Below the pieces are notes generated by a model that worked only from the letters and a program-made list of their open reading frames with translations, did not search any database and was not told where the DNA came from. DNA of 64,000 nt. Origin: Phoronis australis. Taxonomy: Eukaryota; Animalia; Phoronida. Positions within the stretch are counted from its first letter, which is position 1, and each line of letters opens with the position of its first letter. The stretch is from the NCBI GenBank assembly GCA_002633005.1, contig NMRA01000139.1:186001-250000 (forward strand), given 5' to 3'. Of this stretch, positions 1-14,758 are shown in pieces. A program made the position numbers and the translations under genes.

Positions 1-204
1 TTCCGCGTGGATTGTTGACATGATCTTGGCCAGTGCAGCTGCTACGCACGCTGGAACTTGTGAACGGTGGAACTTATGGACATGATCGCTAGCGACAGAC
101 TTGTTGCTTTAAATTTTTACTGACCGCAATTCAAAGTTTCCGTGCAGCACTTAATTGTGGTTCTCGAGGAAATATTCTGTATGTCAAAATGAAAATGGGC
201 AATA

Positions 205-300
205 GTCTGATATAACGCGCCCGTATTTTGAGAACCAGTTTGATGCCCATTATTCAGTGGAGAAAACTGGTTCTCAAAATTTGGGCACATTATATCAGAC
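205..300. repeat. Short foldback (mini-MITE-like) inverted repeat
   Basis: gtctgatataa...ttttgagaaccagttt pairs with aaactggttctcaaaa...ttatatcagac; a partial copy of the right half lies at ~7450-7480. Confidence 0.65.
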
Positions 301-390
301 CATTACATTAAATACAGTTTGACCAGCAACTGGATCTGCGTTCATGAAAAAACAGTGCTGTAGGAATGCCCTGCGGTTGGTGAGGTAGGA

Positions 391-819
391 CAAGGTACCT
401 AAACTACACCGTCAACGGACTCATAAACACTGGCACGGACGCATGAACACGACTCACGGACCTGCAAACACCGTCCACTGACTCACAAACACGGGAATGG
501 ACTCACAAAACACGATCCACGCACCCAAATACACGGGTCACGGACTCACATTCACGAGGAAACACGGTTAACGGACCGCCATACACGGGTCACGGACTCA
601 TCGGCTTCCTGGGTCAGCTGACATCTTTATTTTGTCCGTAACCCGTGTTTGGCTGTCCGTTAACCGTGTTTCCTCGTGAATGTGAGTCCGTGTCCCGTGT
701 ATTTGGGTGCGTGGATCGTGTTTTTGAGTCCGTTCCCGTGTTTGTGAGTCAGTGGACGGCGTTTGCAGGTCCGTGAGTCGTGTTTATGAGTTCGTTGACC
801 GTGTAGTTTAGGTACCTTG
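391..819. mobile_element. Foldback MITE with long, internally repetitive TIRs and 5-bp TSD
   Basis: caaggtacctaaactacac...gtgtagtttaggtaccttg; about 200-bp arms; TAGGA at 386-390 and 820-824. Confidence 0.85.
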
Positions 820-2320
820 TAGGAATAGTGGCTGTCCTTTGAAGGCTGTCTGTAGTTCTTAAACAACCCACTCACTCACTCAAAATTCATTTCCTAAATG
901 TTGTTTTAAATGATTAGAAATTAATTTCCGAATGTCGGGTGATCAGATTTGTTATCATGTGTCCTCTGAGATATGACCTTTGACGTCATATTCTGTGTAC
1001 TTTGGGAAACTCAAAATCTACATTTTTTTTCAAATTAGGGAAAAATAAATTTGATAATCTTTTGTTTGAAGTAGAACTTACAGGCTAATTCCTTATTTCT
1101 GTCATTGCCTGACCAAATTAGTTTGAAATTCAACATATAGCGACGATGTGAATATGAAGTAGGTTGAAAATTGCCTGATGTTTTTAAGAAAAAGTTTTGT
1201 AGCAAAAATTACCACCTCCCCCCCATAAATCTCTCGACTGTATGCAGTAACTATCGTGACGTGACGTGATATTGGGGAATAACACTGCATGGTGCCAATC
1301 TCGCAAGGTCCGTCATTAGTTCAAAGGTCACCTATTTGCAGAATCTTGTTTTCATATTTACAAGTTGTCAATAAATACAACTGCACCAATAGCGTGGATT
1401 ATGTTAAAATAGCATTATAGCATTGTCATTGAGTTCCTGCTGTACATTACCATAGATAGGTGGTGCAAATACATCTTATTAAACACACCAAAAATAAGCA
1501 TAACAGCACTTGTTGAAAACTTGAATTGTGCCTGTTTACTGAACTTAATAATTTCTTCTGGCTGTTGAAAAATCATGTAAGAAGTTCGTCACTCTGTCAA
1601 AGGCTTCCTTTTACAACTACAAAAATTTACAAAAGTTTTCTTTTAATACTGTCTACGCTAAGCTGTAAGCAAAAATATACACATTTTGGCAATACAGAGA
1701 CTTTGGTCTTTTAAGGATCACAACGTTAAAAAGACACCTGTCTCGTATCCCGCTGAATTAAGGACAAAATTTCTCCCATTTGAAACGGTGTCTAAAATTT
1801 GGGATTCCGAATATACGATCTGAAATTGAATTTTCTTAATTCTAGGAATAGGCAAATGAGCGAGTTTATCATATTTCTCAACAGTGTTGTAGCTAAACGA
1901 ATGCAAACTGGTACTGAAACAAAACACATTAAACCAATGCTTTTTCAGCGTTGAAGATGTATTTGATGTTATGATAAGTAGGGATAAATGAACGGCAGGG
2001 GAAAAGAAAAGCTGGACTTCTCACTTTAGAGTGAAGCTTTTTTCATGCACCCACATACATGCGTATGTATTGTGTCGTCTTCTGATTCCCCCTGGCTTCT
2101 AGTGCTATATTTCCAAAACCCCTTCGTGGATTTTCTTGAAATTTTGCACACAAGTTCCTATCTTGGATACTTTTTGTCTGTTCTTCAATATCTTCGAAGT
2201 TCATTGAAGGATCTGTATCAAAATTTGTTCTAGTTGAGGAGAGTACGGCTATCCTTGTCTGAGTACAGTGGCATACCCTAATGGAAATTAAGGTTTTTGC
2301 ATGTGACTTGTGGCTCTACC

Positions 2321-2813
2321 CAGGCCTTCATCCAGGATTTTGAAAATAGGGTGTCCAAAATGGGATTCCCAATATTCCAGGGCGTCCATGATTCTGACGC
2401 GTAACCCCCCACCCCCAGCAATACCCCCAAACACACAGATTTTTTTACAAAAAATGAATAGATCAAGGTTTTTACCTCTAAGTTTATAAAACAGCCTTCT
2501 ATGGTGAGCATTTTTACTCAAAAAAACTGTGTAGACCAAGACTTTTACAATGCTGTCAATCAAGTGTCAAAATAGCAACAATGCATATACTTTGTATATA
2601 CATTGTATATTTCTTCCTGCTTTGAAAAAAAGAGACCCCACTGTGAGCCTTCAGAGGCTTCCTAGTATTCATTACAATGTGTGAGTCCAAACTTGAAAGG
2701 TTGCTATTGACAGTGGGTGTCCAAATGATACATTGGGCATCCTTGCCAGGGCGTCCAGATTAGTGCTAGGGCGTCCATTTGGACGCCCAGGACGTACGCT
2801 GCATAAAGGCCTG
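2321..2813. mobile_element. Non-autonomous hAT-like element
   Basis: Termini caggccttcatcca / tgcataaaggcctg; perfect 8-bp TSD GCTCTACC (2313-2320, 2814-2821); subterminal gggcgtcca repeats. Confidence 0.85.
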
Positions 2814-3802
2814 GCTCTACCTCAGTGGATGTTGATGAAGTTTGGCAAATGCAAGTTTCAGTCAAAGACACAACAGCACTTGCCTCGTTTCAGGAGCACT
2901 TGACTAATTCTGCGCACCCTAGTGGCATTTTCATTTCATTTACTAATTACATGATGCTAATTTTATTGGAAACATACCATTAGCGGTACAGTCGTGGGCG
3001 CATTTCAACGCTTTACATTGCTCTTGTTTTTATTCAGGCACAAAGTGGATATTAATTTTGAGTTAATCTGGTACAGTTTATTAGAAGTTTGGTATGAAAG
3101 TGTCTGTTTTGGGTGCAGAATTTATAACCTGTACACACGTAATATGCATACATTGTCTGTTACATTAACAAAGCTTTAACCCAATTAATTGTCTGTCACC
3201 AACGAGCCTTTCTAAGAGCCCATGTTCATCTCAAGTGATTTGTCGCGCAAAGTAATTCTGCGAGATTCATGGCTTTGATCTCCTGAGTGGTCATTATTCC
3301 TGGGACCCAGTATTTCTTTGTTCATTACCAGTAAGTTGTGTTCATTTTACATGCCATTAAGTCAATGCTGTTGTCGGCATCACCTGTGTTTGCATGACTC
3401 ATTACCTGCAGTTATGCTTGGAAACTGTTCTATAGAGCTATATGTTAATCTATCATTGAAATAAAAATTAAAAGTTTGCCCTGTGTGGCTGGCTAAAAAC
3501 AAAAATGAAGTTGGGCCTTTTTATTCATAACATTCGCAATATTTATCACCAAATAGGGTTCTACTTCTGTTACCAATAACAACAAGGTTCAAGACAATAC
3601 TTCAGACTTTACTGGGGTTGGCCATTCTTAAAATTGCGAATTCTGAAATGGAGATGTGTGTGTATGCGACAGCAATAATGGAAGTTTAAAACCAAGTAAT
3701 TTCACAGTGTGCAAAATAGGGGTATGGTAAAATCTCAGTTTCGGACAAAAAGATATGTAAAATTGATGCTTTTGTCCGATATTGGTGAGATTTTACCGTA
3801 AC

Positions 3803-3880
3803 AGCCATGTGGACATAGGGGAGAGATGAGCCATGTGGACGTAGGGGAGAGGCAAGCCATGTGGACGCAGGGGAAAGACA
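3803..3880. repeat. ~26-bp tandem repeat, 3 copies
   Basis: agccatgtggac(a/g)(t/c)agggga unit repeated three times. Confidence 0.75.
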
Positions 3881-4821
3881 TTTAATTAAGTTTGACAAGG
3901 TGATGTTAGGTGGTCTTAATTACCATAAGGCAGAGAGCATCAGAAGTCAGTTACAGGATTCTCCTGTGTTTGATATGTAGGTGATCAGTCTGGCAACAGA
4001 CTGGAAACCTACTTGTGTTGATGACTTAGTCACCACAGTAAACTAGTTCCGTACAAAAACGATGACCAAAAATGACCGTGTCCACTGTGTTCTTCAAAGC
4101 TTGTTCTAAGGTGACATATTTAAATGTCTCTCGATCTGTTTAAAAATATAGCGACCAGTTTGCAAAAAAGTCATCGCGATTGCTAATGATGTCTTTCCTG
4201 CTTTAAATTATAACCTTAACAACAATTGGCAGTAGCTGATTAACAGTGAATAAAGGCCACTTAGTGGGTAGCGAGGCCGGTAAATGTGTACTTTTAGTGT
4301 GACTATAAATGGCACTACAGAGAACGTCAACCACTGAACGCTTCTGACACGTTTTTTGGCGTTGACGTGCATACGACACATTTTTGTTGTGGAGAACAGC
4401 GACGTAATTTTCAAAGATGGCGATATTGCTACCAGAGGTTCAAACCATGTTCGTTTCAAACTTGATTGTGCTTTGTATTTTTACAGTGAGACATTTGGGA
4501 AAGTTAGATTTTGACCTTTTTTGTTGCCAGCCGAAAGGTTAATCGCAGTATGTATTACAAGTGTTTACTCAGCTTTGTGTTGATGAAAAATTGAAATTTC
4601 GGCCAAGGTGCCCTATTGGTTGTTGTAGCCAAATTGCCCCTCCCCCCACACACTGTAGTGGCCCAGGTGTCTTTTGAATGAACTATTGGCATTATTACTA
4701 CGCAAATTGAAGACTTCTAGTTCTAGGGAATTGATCAGTTTGATGGACAAACAACTTACTTTTAGAATTGAGACTACGTATATTTATATTCCTTGGTTCC
4801 TTTTAAATGGTGATAATATTA

Positions 4822-5045
4822 AATAAAGATCCCTTTTGGAACCGAAAAGCCACACCTTGAGGTTATCGGTGTATAGCCGTTTCGTCCATATCTCATGGAC
4901 TTGTTTCACTACCAGGTGCGCCCTCTTTCATTTTTATTGTTTTTAGTCCACAACAAAAGAGGGTGCACCTGGTGGTGAACCAAGTCGGTGACATATGGAC
5001 GAAACAGTAAGGTATGGCTGTTTGGTTCCAAAAGGGGTCTTTATT
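4822..5045. mobile_element. Palindromic MITE-like element
   Basis: aataaagatcccttttggaacc pairs with ggttccaaaaggggtctttatt; inner arms also pair (ccaggtgcgccctcttt / aaagagggtgcacctgg). Confidence 0.75.
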
Positions 5046-5580
5046 CACAATTATCTCATTCGGGATCATTGGACTTCACTAGGTTATTAGTTTTGACCAC
5101 GAAACAACAATATCCATCACATTTTTGTGATTTCATTGCAACTCAATTCTCGCTGTTTCATGCCAGACATTCGCTGAAATCAAAGTCTGTGACTTAATCG
5201 GTTAAACACCCTTAAAATACATTTTTCAATTAGAATTTAGCTGTGCCAGCAGAGCGTTGGGCTGTATCCGTGGGAGTTTGAGGTTTGATTTGCACTAGGC
5301 TTGGTCTCAGATATTCACTTTTCTCACCTATAATGTCCCTTAACCATTTTTATGAAATCTTATTCAATGCTAATAGTGAGGCTCCTTAAAAGTTGACAGA
5401 TAACCAGGCCATTACCAGTGCTGACTGCAACAGGCCTTGTTTCCAAAATTCTCTATTTCCATGGCAACTAAGTGTTGTTTTCTTTCCAGCAGACAGTTGT
5501 GAAACCTCCAAGGGTCAGTCTACGAAAGTGATCGACAGTAGTACGAGTGGAACTACAAGTGAACGTAACCAGGGGTGACT

Positions 5581-5634
5581 ATGGGTAGGAAGAAAATACA
5601 AATTTCCAGGATTGGGGATGAGCGCAACAGGCAG
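5581..5634 (+). CDS. mef2: MEF2 coding exon 1 (MADS box N-terminus)
   Basis: MGRKKIQISRIGDERNRQ then CAG|gtgagt; 54 nt; tandem acceptor ttccagcag at 5488-5492 implies an upstream non-coding exon; absent from ORF track. Confidence 0.98.
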
Positions 5635-7010
5635 GTGAGTTGAGTAGGGATACATTGGTTTGATAAACATGTTAACAAAATGTCTTTGAAGTGAAAAACG
5701 GCCATAATTTCAAAACGAAACGTTTTGGTTAATAATAATTTCAAATGATTTAGTTTTTGTCAGGTTTCGTTCCCATTCTTTAAGCATTTAGTTTGACTTC
5801 TTCGCATGTGAAGCAAACATATTTTGGGGTTCACTTGGAAATTCATAATCAGCATCGCGATAGTTGTCACCCGTAACTTTGTGCATTACAAAAATTTATA
5901 GTCTATAACGCTCTCTTCTCATCAGGACCCTGAAACTGAAACAGGCGAAGTTCATTTTTCGAGAGGACTGCATTTGCTGATAAACGCATGTCCACAGTTT
6001 TGAAGAATGTTAAGTTCTCTTTTGATAAGGAGAATATATTTTCATTGACATGGTAAATTTTGTTGTAGTTTATACAATACAATTTTCAGTTTTAAACCTG
6101 GTTATTGAACTTTATCATGAGAGATCTGTGCACGTGAGAAATATGCTGTCAATCAAAATGTGCTGTCAATCAAACGGTGCTGTCTAGTCCTCAGGCCACT
6201 ATTAGGGCTCCCGTCTAAGCTTTGTACTCATGGAAATTGAGCACGTGCCTCGGGCCCAGGTCTTAGTGCTTTCTTTGAGGGGTCACCCTTCTCTCGCAGT
6301 AATTAATCATATCTGAACGTTGCTCTATTTCGAGAAAACAGTGTAATGAAACAACTTACACAGGTACTGATCACTAAACCTTATCGTGTACTGAATTTTT
6401 GAATAAGTTTCTGTCAGATTTGTCTTGACATCTTCATTCAATTTCTCCATTTAGACAGCCTCCGCAGGTATAAAATAAGCATTCCCTTAGTGTGGGATCC
6501 TCTGCCTGGCTAGGTCAGGGAGTATCTTCACACCCTCTTGGTCTAAGGGATTAGCTGGTGTCTGCCCTATATACTTAACAGATGCCCAGCCGGTGTCCAG
6601 TGGAACTCTCACTGGTCAGAGGTAATTAAGCCAATTGCCCTGCCTGTGTTAGATGTCATCATCTACAGCTGCGATACTGTGCTGTAGTTACACAAAGTTA
6701 GGAGAACCCAGCTGGGCATAGGGCTAATGTGATTAATGGCTATGCTCTCTGAACTAGTTATGGTCGTAATCTCTGTGTGGTTCTGATGGGGGTTTGAGAG
6801 TGTTGAAGCTGGCCATGTCTGGCCCTCCTCCATTGTAGGGTTAGACTAAGTTTGCAGTGGTAAAGTTGGATGTCCCAATACACCTAGCCGTTAGTTGTGG
6901 TCCAGATATCATCGGTTTATAAGATGTTAAATAACGTAGAAAATAAATCTGAAACTAAATAAGGCGATCTAGATCCTCCCAAGGATATTGTTATTTCATG
7001 AAATGTAGAA

Positions 7011-7168
7011 TATAAATCGGTAAATAAAACAACAAGAATGAATCAACTGAGATTTGAAATTTTCGGATGTAATAACTTCCTTTGTCAACAAAAACAAAGG
7101 AAGTTATTACATCCGAAAATTTCAAATTTTAGTTGATCCATTCTTGTTGTTTTATTTACCGATTTATA
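7011..7168. repeat. Near-perfect ~75-bp-arm hairpin (MITE-like) in MEF2 intron 1
   Basis: tataaatcggtaaataaaacaacaagaatg...cattcttgttgttttatttaccgatttata. Confidence 0.85.
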
Positions 7169-7747
7169 AGATGTGAAATGTTGCCAACGGACATTCTAAA
7201 TAGATGGTTTTTATCTTTCTTAAGGTTGAAGTGAATGCTTTGTGAACTCCCTCTCTCACGCCTTCAATATTGTGGTGCCCTCTATTAATTTGTTTTTAAT
7301 GACAAATGACCTTTACTGTCATGGTACTCACCCCCCCCCCCTTTTATTCCTCCCCCTTGGCATTGTTTAGATAAATAATGAACTGCCAGTTCTTTGCAAG
7401 TCTGAAAATTGGCAGTGGCCACTTACAGGGTCCTGCATTCTGACAACCATATTCAGTAGAGAAAACTGGTTCTCAAAATGCGGTATTTCTGAAGGACTAG
7501 CACCCAAAATTCACTTCTAATCTGCATCAGGAACTAATTAACAGCAATTTGGAGCACTAAGTGGTCTAAAGCCAATTTAGTTTCTTTGATGGAGCATGGG
7601 TTTATTGTCGCTTTGAAATAGTAAAAAGACTGCATTAGTTGTGCCAAGTGAAGACAAAGTTTTCAAACTCAAAATGAACTCACTTACCAGCAGTGGTGCA
7701 GCCAATGAACTCAATTTGTGGTGTTTTCATGTCGAAGTACTGCATAA

Positions 7748-8179
<432 letters not shown>

Positions 8180-10400
8180 TAAAAGCTTCTAAATGTTGTT
8201 ATGAATGCCTAGGATTTCTCAAGCATTGTCTGGTGGTTGCTATGGTGTAAAACCTAAAAACGACAAAGTATATATTTGGTGCAGTTTATCTTTTATGAAA
8301 GAATATAAGATTTCTCTTGTCCACCATACTATGCCAAAAATTGGTGTGGTTTTACAGCTGTAATATCATTTCCGGGGGTCATCGCCCAACCTACTAGTAG
8401 TTTCAGTACTAACACTTGTTATGACGTTGTTTGTCAAGTTTGATGAATCACCGATGGCAAATTGTGTCAAAACACTTCCTTCATTGAGAGATGGATCGCA
8501 CCGCCTCGGCATGGTCGATCTTTATGCGTAACGACTCAGAAGTTGTGTGGCGTCTTTGGAATGTGCAGAGCATCGTCGAACAGGATGTACAATAAATTGT
8601 TGGTCACGTGATTGATGCACGGCGTATTTTTAATCTTCTAGTTGTCAGCCAGTTCTACATATGTCCCTGCTTCTCAAGCAGTCAAGGTTGCTGTGCTATG
8701 CGTACCATGTCCGGTCTTCACACCTGGTCAACTCGGTCGTGAATTAATCGTCAAATATACCTTTATCATTAGTATTCGCCTGTATTATTGCTCATGTTGA
8801 GCCTTCCCGCTATTCTTCTCCAAAGTATTTAGAACAATTTTATTTTTTTTAAATCCTGAAACAAACATTTGATATTAAGAGATTTTGGTCTATTTTAAAC
8901 TTAGTTTGTGCCGTTTTGATGTGAGGAAACAACGTGTTTCCAGCAAATTAATTAGCCTTCAAAATGTGGCATAATGACAGTTTTGTTGTCACTTACTTTT
9001 GAGGAAGTTCCACCTTATGCCTTGATGTTCTCTTATGGAGAAGTTTACTCTGTGTCCAACTTATACTTGAACTCCTTGTTTTGTATTGCTGTTGCCTCAT
9101 CAGAACATTTACACTTTGTACTTTTACTGGCCAAGTCTACCTTTATTATGGAGTGAATACGATTTTTACTTGGAAATCTTGATTTCATAATATCAAAATG
9201 TTTGTGGTTGAGAAGACTTCATTGAACATGGAAAGGTGGAAATAGGATTAGAGAAGTAAAGAGCTGTTTCCTGCCTGCCCCCTGTTGTCATAGTATGTGG
9301 TAGCCTAGTTTTTATTGAATCGCGATCTTCAAAACAGTTTCTTGGAATCTGCCCTGTGCTGATGGCTGGTCCAATGTGATTTGTTGTGGCATTAGTAATT
9401 AGTGTCTTTCGTAGTCAATTACTGATGGTGCTCAGCTTGTAACACTCCCCGTGTGTTGTCTGAGAATACACTGTTTGCCTACATGGTAAACACTATAACC
9501 AGCCCCAGTGAAGTAGCCTCTGCCGTTTGTTGGTTGTAGTACAGTTATCTCCCCTGATGCAACTGGCTGGCAGATGTGGATTGGGTTTGATCAACAGGCT
9601 CTGCAGACTGATGCTGGGAATTTTTCTGAGCAGATGTCGGTGCCATGACGTTCTTGCAATTTCTGTATCAGCTGCAGTCTGGCTAGGTACTGGCATCCAG
9701 TAGTTGACTTGGGTTCTGCTAGCGGCTTAGAAGTTCATCACTTGTTACGCCATAGACATAAAGCCAATTTAGGACACTATATTGCCGACAAGTAAAAATT
9801 TCTTTTTTCATAAAAGATATGTAGCCCCTTATGAATACCGTTTTGAATATCTACATGATAGCTACTATCAGACAGGGATTCTGGGAACTGTGGCCATTTG
9901 TAATTAATGTTAGTAACCTTTGAAAAAATTAAAGAAGACAAATTATGGCAATTATTGTTGTCCATAAGTGGTAAGATTTTACTGACCTTCATTGCAACCT
10001 CATACTATTGTGGTAGAATAGATAAGGTGTCTTGAGACAGTGTTATCCATGTGGGCTAGCTTTGCTCGACATGTTTCCGAGAAATGGTTATCAAAGATAT
10101 TTGGATTGTTCTGGTCATACCTACGTTATGATGTAATCATCCTCTGTTCTATTCATGTGTACACAAAAATTCGAATTCCCAAATAAAAGAAAATTAATCT
10201 CGTCAGAAAGGTCCAGTTCCAAAAACATGAAAAATGATTCAGTCGTGTGATTAAGAAAGTTCTAGTCAGCTTGTTTGTACTGTGTAGATTAGTCTACATT
10301 CATTTTAGTTAACATTATTTGCTGCAAGGCTTAAAAATTTGCAAAATGGCAATTTTTTATTATTTTTGTGTGTGAAATAGCTCAAAAATTATAAATGATT

Positions 10401-10730
10401 TTGGGTTACCAGAACAGCGTTGCTCAGGCACTCATGGACATAGCTCTTCACTTATGAACATGACTCACGGATTTATAAACTCAATTCACTGACTCACAGG
10501 CTCGTGCCCGCCGTAACAAAACATGGCTCAGGCACCTAATGCTTGTGAACACAGACCACGAACTCTTCACTTCTCGTCCGTGCGTTTGTAAGAAGTTGCA
10601 AATACTGAGCTGGGCTTTTTGGTTGCGTAAGCCGTGTTTTGTGAATGCGAGTTTGTCAGTCAGTGAACTGAGTTCACTAGTCCATGAGCTGTGTTCACAG
10701 GTGCCTGAGATGTGTTGTTCAGGTAGCCTG
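10401..10730. mobile_element. Degenerate foldback MITE, probably related to the 391-819 family
   Basis: gggttaccagaacag...ctcaggcac vs gtgcctgag...tgttcaggtagcc; shared cactgactcac / gactcacgga motifs. Confidence 0.55.
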
Positions 10731-13700
10731 GACTCCTAGTCTTACAAAGAAGTGGTTTAATTTATGCGCTGAGCGTGATCTCAAGCACTGGCTAACCATG
10801 GACTATTCTCTAGCCTAGAAATCATTCCTCGCCTGATTAAAGAACAAGTTGATAACAATTTTTTATGGCAGAAAGTGATTTAAATCAGAGCTTAGTTTCT
10901 TTGATGACCAAATCCAGTTTACAACCGCTTTAGTAGAGTGTGAAAATACACGTCGCATGTACCACTTCGTAATGACTAAGTTACACTCCTATACATTGGA
11001 TCCTTAGCTGTACTGCAGCTTCACACTGCAAATATACGTGCAGGTTCACGTGTAGGAACTTGGGTCGAACTAAAGGCATACACAGTAGATGTAAATGAAG
11101 TCATCGGCAATATTGACAGTTAACTGTTATTAGTTGTAAGTTGGTTGTGCGTTAACGTTTTTTTATTTATTTTCTGACTATCAATTTACCTGTGCAGGTG
11201 TGTTAATTCCGGCCACTCAGACATCCCTGCCTTATCTCATGCAAGTGATAACCAAATTAGATAGTTGATTGAGTGGGAGTGATCTGGAAATACCCCCAAG
11301 GCACAACTGGTGATATTTTTGTTTCAGTAAAGACCACACATTCTCTACGTGGCTAAAAGTTGCTGATACAAGAACCTTTATTTTTACCGCGTCTGGTTTA
11401 TTAAGGTCACAGGAAGTGAAGCTGTATTTTGGTTATTTCCTCAGTGTATTTATTTTCTCCTTCTTCCTAAAGTCCACCAATAATCTACGTTAAAAGATTG
11501 ACATTTATCTTGTTAAGATTTGTTCCAATGATATCTATATGGGAAGAGGACGGCTCTGTTTGTCGCTACGAGTCACATTTTTGTTGTAATTCCTCTCACC
11601 GAACAAGCATAAATTTCTATTACGTTGTGCTGCAACCACCCCTAGCTTTCAATTTTGTTTTATTATCTTCGAATTTGCATATCATAAGTTGTTAACTGGT
11701 CTTGCCAACTAAAACATGAGCTAGCAAATGAAGTACACCTTGATGAAAGCACTGTATTGCGGCCATACCTTCATTTCAGTAATGTGATACAGTTTTGCAA
11801 TGTCATTTATTTACTGAGTATGTCGTCAGGATCAACAATCCACAATGGTCCAGAAATACTCATCTTCATTTCATAAACTGCTACATAAAAATCTTGCCCA
11901 TTGCGGACAAATTTTTTCAATTTGGTTTAAAAATAATTGTTATTGGGATACATTTCAATTTTATGTGCCTTATCTCATTGTTGCAAGACATTGCTCAAAA
12001 TTTTACAAAATGTTGTTTCCTGAAAGCTCATTCATACAAACTGTGCTTAAAGCAAACTATGTGTGAATAACAGTATCTTTTTCGACATATGTTTTAATAT
12101 TTTGAGAACAAGACTTTTGCCAAAATGTTACATTTGTTCTTGGCACAATAGTAGAAGTAGAAGCACACTTTTGTATCTTTATGTTAATTTTCACCGTTAT
12201 ATAATAATAAATTTATTAGAATCACACAAGTATAGAGAAATAAAAGAAAAACGTAAAAACAGTAGAAAAAGGTGCAAGACATGGATAACATAAAAGGTCA
12301 AATACTTGTTCCTTTATGGTCTGTAAAATAGATGAGAAACATTGTGAGATGCTAGTTTGCATTGATCTTGATGCTATGGTAACATATCCAAATAAAATTA
12401 CTTTTTAGGTGTGAAATGGGTGTGTGTGAAATCCTGTTCTTGCAATACTACAAAAAAGGAAATTGCCAGAAAAGTCCACGGACAGCAGTTGATGGTTGTT
12501 ACGTGCATTTCTGACAGTTTTGTGACATTCAGACACTGTGTTAGCTGGCATGATGGCGTCCTACCCAATCTTCATTCTAATAACACATGGATACATGATG
12601 TTACCTGTGTCACGTTTGGCTCACCTGTAATCCGTACATGTAATTAATTCCATGTTCAATAACGCCTGATAACGTACAACAGTAACGTCACCAGAGATGG
12701 GTTATAAAGCTGACATCAATAGATCTCAGTTTGCTCAACCTGTAGTGTTGGATGGCTGATAAGCATTGTGATTTTTAATGAGAATTTTATTCAAATACCT
12801 TTGTTCTTACTCGTTTGTTGGCTTTCTTCAATTATCTATAAATCATATACTATAAGCTATTAGTAGTCGATTAATTGTGAAACATTAAGTTTTTTGCTAA
12901 TTTTGTTAATTACATATTGTTGATCAGCCATCAGTTTGAATGAAGATAAGTTTTAAAATCCCGAGAGTGTGAAAATGATGGCTTTCGCTGTTCAAAATGC
13001 AAACAATCTTAAAAGGAAAGTTCTAAAGCGATCCATTGGCTGATCAATTTACATTGGACTGGTTAATTTGTCACAAAAATATAGTAGTATGTCAAAATGA
13101 CAATACACTTTTTCTCCGTATTGCATTTAAATATGAACCAGTGCTGTACGCGGGCAAAAAAAAACTACTCAAATTGTGTGTCATGTTTTACACATCCTAA
13201 TTTCGCTTTCCAATAATCCACAAAGATCACCTACAAGAGCTCATTATTCTCACTTTACTAAGCACGCCGATATCACTTTTACAGGAAACGAATAAAAATA
13301 AGTATAACTGCTATACAATAATTTCCCTGGTAAAGCAGAAAAAAGTCAGGCTTGAGGGACATGCCACCAAGATTTGAAATGAGAGTTTTCTGTCACAGCT
13401 CAAGCAAGGTTCTGACCATTTCAACTGTGATGTAACACTGCCATACATGTGGGAAGGAAGTTGATAGCTGCACATATCCAATGCATGTCAGGAGTCTAGC
13501 CTATAAATTTCAATCACACTTGTCACACTTGAGGCAAAGAGTGTTGATGTACTTCTCAGAAAATGAACATGTCATCCTTGTACTTTTCTTCGTGTGAGTT
13601 TTGAATTCGATTTGTGTCGCCGTGACAGCGAACTGAATTCTACAAACTGAATTTTCTATGCAGGACGTTTCATGGTACGAAGGAATTAACACGCTTAGTA

Positions 13701-14620
13701 TAAGGTTTAAAATCACCAATTGCAGACAAAAATTATTGCCGAAATTACATTTTTTATGCTTCAAAGTCTTCTATTGTGAATTCTCACTAATTTGCACGAA
13801 GTTGTCAAATGGAGGCTGTGTGATGCAAAACTTATACGTGGTAAAACATTAAGTTGATGATACCAATCTACGTATCCTTTATGGAAAATAAGATTCCATC
13901 AATCCGCCATACTATATCCTAAATTAGCGAGATATTATCGTAAATAGGTTTGAACGTAATCATCAGAGTTCATTGTGACAATTATGCAGTCTTTAGTCAC
14001 GACATCGGAAGGAGACCATTTGATGTATTATTGTCATACCCACAAGCTTACATAACAAACTGCATTGAAAGGTTAAAAAGTCAACAAGCAAAAACCTTCA
14101 CGTTGCGACATTTTCTTCAATTTGAAATGCCATGCGAATGTTCAATTTTCTGATGAGGTGAAGGCTCTTCACTTGAAAGTAATTACATTTTTCACAATAG
14201 CCTTACGTTTTCAAAATCACTTGCCTTCATTTCAACCATTTGTTTCATTGTTAAGATTCGCTCACTTTTTTGTTGATATTCAGAGAAGCTTCAAAAACTG
14301 TTAGGAAGCGGTAGGCGTCAACATTGCACTATCAATGGTACTGATGACATTCCCAAGACAAGTTTCTGTAGTGGTATATCAGAAATATTTTTACTGAAAA
14401 TTTCAGGTTGAAGTGTTAGAAAGAGGAGGTCAAGTGGTGCGCAGGCTGTATAGTATAGCACCTGTTGCACAAAACACCTGAGGTATGCTCACCTGAGCCC
14501 TGTTGCGGGCCAGCAAGTTAGTGTTACTGATTCCATTTTTCAGGAAAGAGTCTTTATAGAGTTTCATCAATGACATTTCAGATGAAAGTTTTCATTGTCA
14601 GTGTTCTCTTTCTGTTTCAG

Positions 14621-14758
14621 GCTCTCAATAAGAAGGAGCACAAAGACAGTGAAAGCCCTGACCCCGAGTCTGAGGGGTACTGCATCACTCCACGCACTCA
14701 GGAGAAGTACGAACAGATAAACAAGGACTTCGAAATGATGATGCAGCGTAACAACAGG
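14621..14758 (+). CDS. mef2: MEF2 coding exon 3 (alpha / HJURP_C-like region)
   Basis: tttcag|ALNKKEHKDSESPDPESEGYCITPRTQEKYEQINKDFEMMMQRNNR|gtaggt; 138 nt, phase 0-0. Confidence 0.95.

Noticed and set aside
12697-12742. miR-9/miR-79-like hairpin (ataaagct seed; miR-9 is linked to vertebrate MEF2)
   Set aside because: Hairpin too short and no tctttggttatctagct arm
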